Positions 54,744-62,827 of a DNA stretch of 63,715 nt are shown here, one piece after another. The stretch covers positions 1-63,715 of IMG/VR virus record IMGVR_UViG_3300031949_000032; one strand, given 5' to 3'. Origin of the DNA: a virus. Taxonomy: Duplodnaviria; Caudoviricetes. The notes under the pieces were generated by a model. That model worked only from the letters and a program-made list of their open reading frames with translations, was not told where the DNA came from and ran no database searches. Positions within the stretch are counted from its first letter, which is position 1; each line of letters begins with the position of its first letter. The translations under genes and the position numbers were made by a program.

Positions 54744-57717
54744 GATTAATTTTTCCGGAATAGTTAGGAATGCCCCTGATAATATAATTCCTGACGGATC
54801 ATGTAACGAAATGATAAACGTTCGTTACCGTGACAATGCATGGAGGCCTGTAGGGAATAAAACAGTTAAGTTTGGAGGAGTAACAAGCTTTGACGAATAC
54901 CACATACATACGGTAGACGAAGATAAAATATATATAGGTTATGACCGGGCAAGTGGATATATTCGATATGCTATTAACTCATTCCCTTCGCTGGCTTCTG
55001 CTGGATTAAACATTGGAATATTTAATAACGTAGAGCTTTTTAGTATTGGTAATACCCTAATAATTGATATATGGAATGAAGATTACGTTAACATAAATAC
55101 ATTTTATGCTGTATTTAAACGTAACACAGGTCTTTATTCTAATTTAATCGATTTCAATATTGAACCTATAATCTTTAATTTCTATCCTTCAACATTCGGA
55201 GATATACCTATTCCTTCTACTGTTAGTCCTAGCCTTATTGAACTACATTCATTTAATAATTTGAATGTATATTTAGGATATGATTCATCTGATCTTGATA
55301 ACCAACATACAGTTTATTGGCAATACAAAATAATTAATGGCGTAATTACTATTGTTAATTTACAATCATTTGGAGCATGGGCTACACAGATAAGAATCAG
55401 TTCAACTGAAGGTGATGAAGCAAAACTTGGAGTTAATATTTTAGAAACTATATATTATTTTGTATGGGATATAGTTACAAATAAATATATACCTCAATCC
55501 GGCCAAACATGGTTTTATTCTTCAAGTGGAGTTGTTTTACCTTTTATATCAGTTGAAAAAAAAATTACATTTAGTTCTAGTGGTACTAAAGAGGAAAAAC
55601 AATTAGCTTTCGAGGCGGCTGTAGTTAAAAAGAGTGCTGAAGCAAAACTTCTTGGAGACTATGAAGGCTTTATAATGGTTTGTTATGCGTTAAAAATGTT
55701 TGATGGCAGCTATATTAAACATTCTGCACCTAAATTATTGTATGTTGGTGACAAGAACGCACATTTGGTAGATTTAGGAGGAGGAAATTATAAAATTACT
55801 CAAATAGAGTTTGGAAGTGTTCTATACGATATTCCGGTAAGCGAACAATTTATTATAGATAAACTTAAAACGCTATCGGATGTAGTAAAATCAATCGACA
55901 TTTTCATTACTAATCCTATGTCAATTTTTGATTATCCTAATTCATTTACTGATACAGGACTCATTAAACTTCATCCTTTCGAAAAATACAATTACAAAAC
56001 TATTGTGGACCAAGGTGGATTTTATAGAATTCATTCTATTGAGATAGATGACAAATTAAAGCCAGTTACCGGGATTACAACAAAGATAAATAAGCAGATT
56101 GAGGTATCTTATCTTAACAATACTCTTGATTTTAATACTTATCTTAAGCAGTATTACAAGGAAAACATAAATGATATTTCAACATTGACTGCAAATGTTA
56201 ATTTAACTCTCGACAACTTCTCTCATCATATAAAAGTTGGAAGAGTAAATCAGGGTTACAATAAAAGGGTGTTAAAAGAAAATACTATTGTAAAATTATT
56301 TTCAGGGTTCAGTCCACAATACTATTTAATGAATAGAATTACAAATGGATTATATAAAATAGTGTTAGAGGTTGAACTTAATACTGAATATGGAATAAAT
56401 ATTGTTCGTAGCAACCCATATTATACCGATGTTGACAATTTAACATTACCTGAAATTCTATCTTATCCAGATAGTAGAGCTAAAGTATTAAGAGTACTTA
56501 TAGAGGATCTTCCAGGTTACAGAGTTTTTAAAACACTTCCTTTAACCAGCCATCCATATTTAAACATTTCATACTTTATAAATCCGGGTAAAAATAAAGA
56601 TGTATTACTTAATGATTTAGGTTATGATTCAGTATATGAATCTTCATTTATTTTACCATTTTTTGATGATTTTATAGTTATGCCTTTTTCTGATAAGGTA
56701 GTATCAAACATAATTTTTAATTCGAATGAAGTTCAAGCTTCAGAGGTTAATAATCCTTTCCTTTATCCTGCAAAAAATAGTTACCAGGTTGGAGACGGAG
56801 AAATTATTGGCAGTGCCAGCAACTCACTTCCAATTTCTCAGGGCCAATACGGTCAGCATCCTATATTTGTCGCAACAACGAAAGGTTGGTGGGCGCTAAA
56901 TATTCAAGGTGGTGAAATATTTATAGGTTCCATTACACCCCTTAACGGTTCGATTTGTAACAATCCTAAATCGATAACTTACATTGATGAAACAATTCTA
57001 TTTTCATCCGATGAGGGACTATGTATACTACAGGGTACACAAACGAGTAATATTTCTACACAACTATGTATACAACCCTACTCACACCTTTCAGATAATG
57101 ATAATTATCAACTTTTTTTAAACAATCCGGCATTAGTTGAACTTAATAATGATAGTACTGTGGATTTTAGGCAGTACTTAACGAATGCAAACATTTGCTT
57201 CGATAATCATTTTCGGGAGGTAATAGTAAGTAACACTAATTACGAATATTCCTATATTTTCAGTCTCGATGCTAAAAATTGGACGAAAAGAAATGAGGTG
57301 TTCTCACATTTGATATTCGACTACCCTCACGTCTACTCAGTAGATACTCTAAAGAGTACTGTGCTACAACTCAATAGAGAAGAAGAAACTGAAACACAAC
57401 AAATTGTAATCTGTACACAGCCTGTTAAGTTGGGAATAGAGGGTTTTAAGAAATTCGAAAGGATAATGCTAAGGTGTAACATCAACCAGGTGGTTGGTAA
57501 AATGTTCGGCTTTTATCTTTTCGCATCTCAGGATGGACGGGAATGGCAATTAATAGATGGCAAACAACCGTCCGGTGAATTTAACGATGTGATATTATCA
57601 AGGAGTATTACTTTTAAAGAAGCGATTATACTTATCGCAGGAGAAGTTGACAAGGATAGTTATATTACCGGAATGGAATATACGGCTGTGGAGAAGCTGG
57701 CAAACAAAATAAGGTAA
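54736..57717 (+). CDS. Tail nozzle/DNA-stabilisation protein (beta-propeller-like)
   Basis: PDGSCNEMINVR N-terminus; SEVNNPFLYP, SQGQYGQHP, TQPVKLG. Confidence 0.6.
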   Translation: MSKINFSGIVRNAPDNIIPDGSCNEMINVRYRDNAWRPVGNKTVKFGGVTSFDEYHIHTVDEDKIYIGYDRASGYIRYAINSFPSLASAGLNIGIFNNVELFSIGNTLIIDIWNEDYVNINTFYAVFKRNTGLYSNLIDFNIEPIIFNFYPSTFGDIPIPSTVSPSLIELHSFNNLNVYLGYDSSDLDNQHTVYWQYKIINGVITIVNLQSFGAWATQIRISSTEGDEAKLGVNILETIYYFVWDIVTNKYIPQSGQTWFYSSSGVVLPFISVEKKITFSSSGTKEEKQLAFEAAVVKKSAEAKLLGDYEGFIMVCYALKMFDGSYIKHSAPKLLYVGDKNAHLVDLGGGNYKITQIEFGSVLYDIPVSEQFIIDKLKTLSDVVKSIDIFITNPMSIFDYPNSFTDTGLIKLHPFEKYNYKTIVDQGGFYRIHSIEIDDKLKPVTGITTKINKQIEVSYLNNTLDFNTYLKQYYKENINDISTLTANVNLTLDNFSHHIKVGRVNQGYNKRVLKENTIVKLFSGFSPQYYLMNRITNGLYKIVLEVELNTEYGINIVRSNPYYTDVDNLTLPEILSYPDSRAKVLRVLIEDLPGYRVFKTLPLTSHPYLNISYFINPGKNKDVLLNDLGYDSVYESSFILPFFDDFIVMPFSDKVVSNIIFNSNEVQASEVNNPFLYPAKNSYQVGDGEIIGSASNSLPISQGQYGQHPIFVATTKGWWALNIQGGEIFIGSITPLNGSICNNPKSITYIDETILFSSDEGLCILQGTQTSNISTQLCIQPYSHLSDNDNYQLFLNNPALVELNNDSTVDFRQYLTNANICFDNHFREVIVSNTNYEYSYIFSLDAKNWTKRNEVFSHLIFDYPHVYSVDTLKSTVLQLNREEETETQQIVICTQPVKLGIEGFKKFERIMLRCNINQVVGKMFGFYLFASQDGREWQLIDGKQPSGEFNDVILSRSITFKEAIILIAGEVDKDSYITGMEYTAVEKLANKIR

Positions 57718-57828
57718 ATTTAATATTATTAAGTTTTTTGGCTGTTTTACTTTTTATGTTTGGTATTATACCCGTATTTTTTTAGACTTAAATATTAAAC
57801 TGAAAGTAAAAACAGGATATTTCTTAAT

Positions 57829-57857
57829 AAAAAAAAGCCGGGATTTATTCCGGCTTA
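57829..57857 (-). terminator. Intrinsic terminator
   Basis: AAGCCGG...CCGGCTT with long T-run on the minus strand. Confidence 0.75.
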
Positions 57858-57880
57858 ATTTTGCATTCATATTCTACTTT

Positions 57881-58096
57881 TTAAATAATCTGCTCCGTAA
57901 TTGGCGCATATCCGAAATCTACAAGAACAGGTATTAAAGCGTCCAAATGTTCAGAGTTTAAAAGCCTTCTACCTTTTAAAAAATGTGAAAGCGTTTTATC
58001 AGGTATTTTAGCTTCTTTTTCGATAGCATTCACAGAAAGGCAACGTAACCGTCTTTCTGTAAAATATGCTTTTATGTTGTTTAGTTCAGCGTTCAT
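57881..58096 (-). CDS. XRE-like HTH protein
   Basis: VNAIEKEAKIPDKTLSHFLKGRR. Confidence 0.75.
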   Translation of the reverse strand: MNAELNNIKAYFTERRLRCLSVNAIEKEAKIPDKTLSHFLKGRRLLNSEHLDALIPVLVDFGYAPITEQII

Positions 58097-58263
58097 TTTC
58101 TTTTGTAAGATTTCATTTGTTTTACTTTTTCTTTTGCAGCATTCATAGCTTCTTCTTCTGTTTTGAAACCTTTTTGTTGATTGTAAACGCCGTCAATTAA
58201 ATATACAAATTCAATTGTGTCAGGGTTCGCTTCTGTCTTTTCGATTGTAATGTTATTTTTCAT
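58093..58263 (-). CDS. Small hypothetical protein (56 aa)
   Basis: Read by hand as MKNNITIEKTEANPD...GFKTEEEA...; ATGA overlaps on both sides. Confidence 0.6.
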   Translation of the reverse strand: MKNNITIEKTEANPDTIEFVYLIDGVYNQQKGFKTEEEAMNAAKEKVKQMKSYKRK

Positions 58264-58502
58264 TTTGTTAAGTATTTAGTGCCTTTTAACCTACTTATTA
58301 CTTCACTTTCAATATATTCTTTAACTTCTAATGCAAATTCTTGATCTTGACATTTTTCTCTCGAAATATAAAGAGTGTCAGTAAAATAATCACTTGGATG
58401 GCTTTCCATACCTTTTTCGTATGCCATTTCGCTTACATAGTCAGATATTACACTTTCTAACCAACCTTCATTTTCGTTTTTAAATTGTTCTAAATATTCC
58501 AT
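58260..58502 (-). CDS. Small acidic hypothetical protein
   Basis: First gene after a dedicated promoter. Confidence 0.65.
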   Translation of the reverse strand: MEYLEQFKNENEGWLESVISDYVSEMAYEKGMESHPSDYFTDTLYISREKCQDQEFALEVKEYIESEVISRLKGTKYLTK

Positions 58503-58546
58503 TTTCTTAGTATTAAATAGAGTTTGTTTGTCTCTCTAATCTGTAC

Positions 58547-58578
58547 CAAATGTAGTACCTTTATTTCAATGTACCAAA
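58547..58578 (-). promoter_or_regulatory. Promoter with embedded ATTTGGTACA direct repeats
   Basis: TTTG-N20-TACATTTG. Confidence 0.65.
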
Positions 58579-58650
58579 TATTATACAATAAAAATGCAAA
58601 TAAAAGTGAAAATAATTTTAACATAATGATTAACAGCGTGTAACACAGCA

Positions 58651-58678
58651 TAAAAAAAGAGGTGGTTAGCCTCTTTTT
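58651..58678. terminator. Intrinsic terminator
   Basis: AAAAAGAGG...CCTCTTTTT. Confidence 0.75.
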
Positions 58679-58682
58679 CAAA

Positions 58683-58823
58683 TTATATGATAAGGTATTC
58701 TTCAAGTAACTTCTTTTTCTCCAAAAAGCTTATTAAATTCTGAATAGCTCTCCTCTTAAACCTTAACCTCGCATTCTGGGATGATATAATCCCTTCTAAT
58801 ACTTTCTCTCTTGCCTTTTTCAT
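58683..58823 (-). CDS. Small basic hypothetical protein (46 aa)
   Basis: Read by hand as MKKAREKVLEG... Confidence 0.4.
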   Translation of the reverse strand: MKKAREKVLEGIISSQNARLRFKRRAIQNLISFLEKKKLLEEYLII

Positions 58824-58932
58824 TTTATTTTTTTTGAAATTCCTATATATTACGGGGGTTTAAGTGAAATTGTTTAGAGTTGTTAAACATATATAACTAT
58901 TAATGTTACATTTATTCCTTTTGTATTTTTGA

Positions 58933-59202
58933 TTAGGCACCTTCAATTAATTTGATACGTTCATTGCTTACATTGAAGACTCTATTGTATTCATATAACT
59001 CTCTGAATTTTTTAGTTTTTGTAATCCTGTGTAATTTAACTTGATAAGAAATATTTTCATATATTTTATCTTGTCTTGATAATAATACACCTGACCAACT
59101 AACTGAAATTATGGTTGCTGGTTCAAACTGTTTCTTTTTTGAACGAGGATCTATAACTAAACATTCTGTATTTAGTAGTTTTTTTAAGTCATTTGTTTCC
59201 AT
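58933..59202 (-). CDS. Hypothetical protein
   Basis: ORF in operon. Confidence 0.6.
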   Translation of the reverse strand: METNDLKKLLNTECLVIDPRSKKKQFEPATIISVSWSGVLLSRQDKIYENISYQVKLHRITKTKKFRELYEYNRVFNVSNERIKLIEGA

Positions 59203-59220
59203 TGTGTATATTTTTAATAA

Positions 59221-59472
59221 TTAAACCGACAACTTATCAGTGAATTGCAATGATGTTGGCAAAACTTCTACAATTGTCCCATCTTCAATCTCTACTAATG
59301 CAACTGTATAATTACCAAATCCTGCAGTTGATTCTTCGTAAGCATTTGCCCATTGGTGAAATAATCCTTTATGCGGGAATCCTTCTTCCCATATTCCTGT
59401 ACCTTGGATAACGGTATAACCATCACCCATGTGCTTTCTTTGAATAAATTTTTTAAAGTTTACTGTTCTCAT
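59221..59472 (-). CDS. Hypothetical phage protein
   Basis: GLFHQW...GNYTVALVE..DG motif. Confidence 0.7.
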   Translation of the reverse strand: MRTVNFKKFIQRKHMGDGYTVIQGTGIWEEGFPHKGLFHQWANAYEESTAGFGNYTVALVEIEDGTIVEVLPTSLQFTDKLSV

Positions 59473-59483
59473 AATAAAGGAAT

Positions 59484-59735
59484 TTAAGAAAAATTAAATG
59501 GAAATGCTCTACCTGGTTTACGAGAAACAGCCTCGTGACCATGTTCAATCAAATGTTTACGCAAATCTTCGATGTCTTCTTTTTTGCCCTTTAATCCTAA
59601 GTGCATATCAACCATCATGTCAGGCTTAAATCCAACCAAAACTTCAATATTGCGTTCAGAACAGAGCTTTTCAACTACTTCTTTGAAATTATATTCTCCG
59701 AAAATTGTAACCCAAAGTTTTCTTTTTACTTTCAT
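59484..59735 (-). CDS. Hypothetical protein
   Basis: ORF. Confidence 0.6.
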   Translation of the reverse strand: MKVKRKLWVTIFGEYNFKEVVEKLCSERNIEVLVGFKPDMMVDMHLGLKGKKEDIEDLRKHLIEHGHEAVSRKPGRAFPFNFS

Positions 59736-59792
59736 ATTATTTTGTTTATAGTAATTTAATTCGGCAGTACATACGCTTTACATTAGCCGTCA

Positions 59793-60095
59793 TTAAAACT
59801 GTGGATCATGGTGGACAGGTTTTTGAAATTGCCGACTTTGCTTTTTTGGCTTTAATTCATCTGGTAAAAAATCACCAAACTCTCTTATAAAATTTGTTTT
59901 AGCAAGTATGTGATGTTGTTTTGTTGCATCGAAATCTTTAGCAAGTATATTCCATGCAACTCCTTTTGTAAAACCTTTGTTACAATCACTTACTTTAGTC
60001 CAGTCTTTAATTTTTGTCTTTGCATTATTGAACATTTCTTGTATTTGTTCATTCGTAATTGTTTCAGCAATTTTTCGTGCATCATTTCTATTCAT
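59793..60095 (-). CDS. Hypothetical protein
   Basis: ORF. Confidence 0.65.
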   Translation of the reverse strand: MNRNDARKIAETITNEQIQEMFNNAKTKIKDWTKVSDCNKGFTKGVAWNILAKDFDATKQHHILAKTNFIREFGDFLPDELKPKKQSRQFQKPVHHDPQF

Positions 60096-60106
60096 CGCTC
60101 AGTTAT

Positions 60107-60397
60107 TTAAAGTTCCTGCCGTTTAAAATATACAGATTTTCTATCTTTTCTTCCGTATGTTTTACCATCTTTGAAGGCAACCATTTCGTAAGACATACAT
60201 CTGTTTTTTAAACACCAATCGTTTTCGTTTTTATTACACAATGATTTTGCATCACAACTATTACAAATGTTTGGCGTTATTGCTTTGTTTTTAGCAACTG
60301 CATAAAATCCGTCCGGGGCTTCGTTTTTATCAACTCCACAGGTTTGGTTATTTGCTTCGTTTATGGATGAAAATAAATTTAATTGTATCATAGTCAT
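60107..60397 (-). CDS. Cys-rich hypothetical protein
   Basis: CNSC...C...C...C...RKDRKSVYFK. Confidence 0.65.
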   Translation of the reverse strand: MTMIQLNLFSSINEANNQTCGVDKNEAPDGFYAVAKNKAITPNICNSCDAKSLCNKNENDWCLKNRCMSYEMVAFKDGKTYGRKDRKSVYFKRQEL

Positions 60398-60399
60398 TA

Positions 60400-60594
60400 T
60401 TATGATACAGTTTTAGACTGATACGTTGCTTCAAGGTGCTTTCTAAATTCTGCAACCATTTCATCAACCGTTATTTCTCCAGACTCAACTGCATTATTGA
60501 GTTGGTCCATACTTAAATTTTCGTCTGCTTTTCTATCATAGTAAAGAAAAGAAGAACATAGATCGCTAATTGTATCGAAAATTATTTGTTTCAT
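60400..60594 (-). CDS. Hypothetical protein
   Basis: Likely start MKQIIF; FLYYDRK.DE.L motif. Confidence 0.65.
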   Translation of the reverse strand: MKQIIFDTISDLCSSFLYYDRKADENLSMDQLNNAVESGEITVDEMVAEFRKHLEATYQSKTVS

Positions 60595-60610
60595 ATGCTT
60601 ACTATTTAGT

Positions 60611-60994
60611 TTATTTAAATTTACGGGTATAATATTCTCGATTGCATCTATCATTACAAAATTCTTTCTGTCCTTCCGGAAGTGGATGTTCGCAATATTT
60701 ACATCTGCTAACAGCACGTATATTCAAGTCTTTCACTTGCTGTTGTGCATATTCCTCCATCGCATCTAAAATATATTGCATAAATTTACCGTGTCCATCG
60801 TGTCCAAATTCTGCTGTAAAGTGTTTCTGTAAAATCTGTTCTTTTGTTTCAATTTTAGACTTGTTGTGATTGTGCAACTCGTGTTCATGGTAGCCTTTAA
60901 GTAGCGATATTAATGTAGTTAGTTTCATTCCTGCTACGTGGTGTTCTCTTACCATTGTTGGTATATGTTCCTTTATGTAATCTTCTGCTTTCAT
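60611..60994 (-). CDS. Hypothetical protein with C-terminal zinc finger
   Basis: AMEEYA; CKYC...FCNDRC. Confidence 0.65.
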   Translation of the reverse strand: MKAEDYIKEHIPTMVREHHVAGMKLTTLISLLKGYHEHELHNHNKSKIETKEQILQKHFTAEFGHDGHGKFMQYILDAMEEYAQQQVKDLNIRAVSRCKYCEHPLPEGQKEFCNDRCNREYYTRKFK

Positions 60995-60997
60995 TGC

Positions 60998-61366
60998 TTA
61001 ATTTTTAGTATTTACTATAAATGGTTTATCCCAGGCACCAATAGATAGGTTAAAATAATAACCTACATCATGATAGTCTGACATTGAGTCGCTTTTGTTG
61101 TAGTTGGTTTTGTTGCTTATTTCAATAACCTTTTTGAGTACCTCAATTGCAGCTTGGTTACTTCTTTCTTCAGTACAATATTGGTTTACCTGTTCGTAAT
61201 TTCTTTTTATATCATCCCGAAGTTCAAAAGGAGCTTCTAAAATAGATACGGATAACGAAGAATAATCATGGTTGGTTACTGATAGTTTCCATCCATCTTT
61301 TGAAGGATACAAAACTTTAAGCTCGTTCCTTATCTCTTTTGTTTTTTCAGTGCTTATGTAGGCCAT
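60998..61366 (-). CDS. LPD29-like standalone protein
   Basis: IRNELK...KLSV...SD.MSDYHDVGYY. Confidence 0.7.
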   Translation of the reverse strand: MAYISTEKTKEIRNELKVLYPSKDGWKLSVTNHDYSSLSVSILEAPFELRDDIKRNYEQVNQYCTEERSNQAAIEVLKKVIEISNKTNYNKSDSMSDYHDVGYYFNLSIGAWDKPFIVNTKN

Positions 61367-61396
61367 ATTGTTATATTAATAGGATCAATACATTTT

Positions 61397-61804
61397 TTAT
61401 AAAAGTTTATCACCACACATTCCAAACCTTATTTTCCTATTCATATCCTTCATCCTGGTCTGGTGTATGCATGGATAGTATTTACATTCATCACAATCGA
61501 ATTCTGGTGTTGGTGTTATTGTTACTCCTTCGTGGACATGGACCATTACTGAATGAGTTTTGGAGTTTTTAGAATAGAACATTGTTATCCAACTAAACCA
61601 TTTGTTTATCCAATCCACAACTTCAATAATTCTTACATGTTGGAACCAATCCTTTTCAGTAAGCAAGTTAGTGCCGCATTTCGGGCATGGTGAGTTTATA
61701 AACAATACTAAATGTTTCTCGTTTTCTTCCGTTAAAGGAATATTGTAATCACAATTATCACACTCAATTAATAATTCTCGATGCATTTCAATTAGCTTCC
61801 TCAT
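61397..61804 (-). CDS. Zinc-binding hypothetical protein
   Basis: CDNC, CPKC, CDEC...C. Confidence 0.65.
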   Translation of the reverse strand: MRKLIEMHRELLIECDNCDYNIPLTEENEKHLVLFINSPCPKCGTNLLTEKDWFQHVRIIEVVDWINKWFSWITMFYSKNSKTHSVMVHVHEGVTITPTPEFDCDECKYYPCIHQTRMKDMNRKIRFGMCGDKLL

Positions 61805-61807
61805 TAC

Positions 61808-62077
61808 TCAATTTTTAAAAGTTTCAAAAACTACTCTTCGCCCTTTCCAAAAACTCCAATACGTTGTTATGTTAACCGTATCTCCCCTTTCGAACATTAC
61901 AGTATCTGGGTATTCATAACGTAGCTCCGTAGCTGTTAAATTTAAAAACTCATGTGGAGCATCGTTAACCGATTGATAAGCATTAATACAGATATATGCT
62001 TTTTTTGGGGATGGCTTCATGGAAGCACAGGAGAATAAAGTCAACGATAGTATGAGAATCAAACAAAAGTTTTTCAT
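61808..62077 (-). CDS. Putative lipoprotein
   Basis: MKNFCLILILSLTLFSC lipobox. Confidence 0.65.
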   Translation of the reverse strand: MKNFCLILILSLTLFSCASMKPSPKKAYICINAYQSVNDAPHEFLNLTATELRYEYPDTVMFERGDTVNITTYWSFWKGRRVVFETFKN

Positions 62078-62078
62078 A

Positions 62079-62450
62079 TTATTTTTTTAAGGATTCTAAC
62101 TTGTTTATAATTCTATTGTAGTAAAGTTCATCTATGGATTTAATATCATCCATTATTTTCAAAAAATTAGGTAGTCGTTCTGCTTTAATAATATCATTAT
62201 CAAAAATATCATGACAAACCCTATGACTTAAACCTGTATTTTTTTTCATAGTTTGTAATTCAAACCGGGTATATCTACTACTCGCATAAGACCTGCGTAT
62301 TTTATGTGCAAGGTCTCCATACCTGCCAGCAAACTGAGAGCAAAAAATACATTCAGGTTGATACTCTATTAACCATTTTTTGCGCTTGTTTAATACTCGA
62401 TCAATCTTAGCCTGTTCAGAGGATTTAGATTTAGGTTTTGTCTTTATCAT
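62079..62450 (-). CDS. HNH-like nuclease
   Basis: CIFC...DLAH...RS...N....HRVCH. Confidence 0.6.
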   Translation of the reverse strand: MIKTKPKSKSSEQAKIDRVLNKRKKWLIEYQPECIFCSQFAGRYGDLAHKIRRSYASSRYTRFELQTMKKNTGLSHRVCHDIFDNDIIKAERLPNFLKIMDDIKSIDELYYNRIINKLESLKK

Positions 62451-62451
62451 A

Positions 62452-62619
62452 TTAGAAATATTTAATTACATATTCCAAACCTTTATCATCCTTAATTTTA
62501 ACCGAATAATTCTGGCTTACATCACTTTTTTTCTTTTGGTTCTGTTCCATTTTCCCAAATAATGCAGCCTCATTTATGCTTCGTGCATTCCTTATTATTC
62601 CAATTGTATAGCTTGACAT
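62452..62619 (-). CDS. Small hypothetical protein
   Basis: Likely start MSSY. Confidence 0.45.
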   Translation of the reverse strand: MSSYTIGIIRNARSINEAALFGKMEQNQKKKSDVSQNYSVKIKDDKGLEYVIKYF

Positions 62620-62726
62620 AATCTTTGGTATTAGTATAAATAATTTAAAGTTAAAAGCTGTGTCCCGTATCACGGCATCCGGTTTAGTGTTTATCCGTTA
62701 CACTTTAGAATTGATTATATAATTCG

Positions 62727-62816
62727 TGGAGATAACGGGAATCGAACCCGTACTTTCAAGTAAAATGGAAAACACCCATCCCTTTATCCGTTCCTTCGTT
62801 CTGAACGTTTATCCCC
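62727..62816 (-). ncRNA. tRNA-like RNA with G3:U70 acceptor stem and canonical T-arm
   Basis: GGGGATA/TATCTCC-A acceptor; ACGGG-TTCGATT-CCCGT T-arm; non-canonical D and anticodon regions. Confidence 0.6.
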
Positions 62817-62827
62817 TTAAATACCAT

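Noticed and set aside
62652-62672. Similarity of AAAGCTGTGTCCCGT to the C4-like stem at 37754
   Set aside because: Short and gapped with no matching second arm; cannot be separated from chance
62727-62816. Complete tmRNA
   Set aside because: Only 90 nt lie between the acceptor strands, leaving no room for a tag reading frame or pseudoknots
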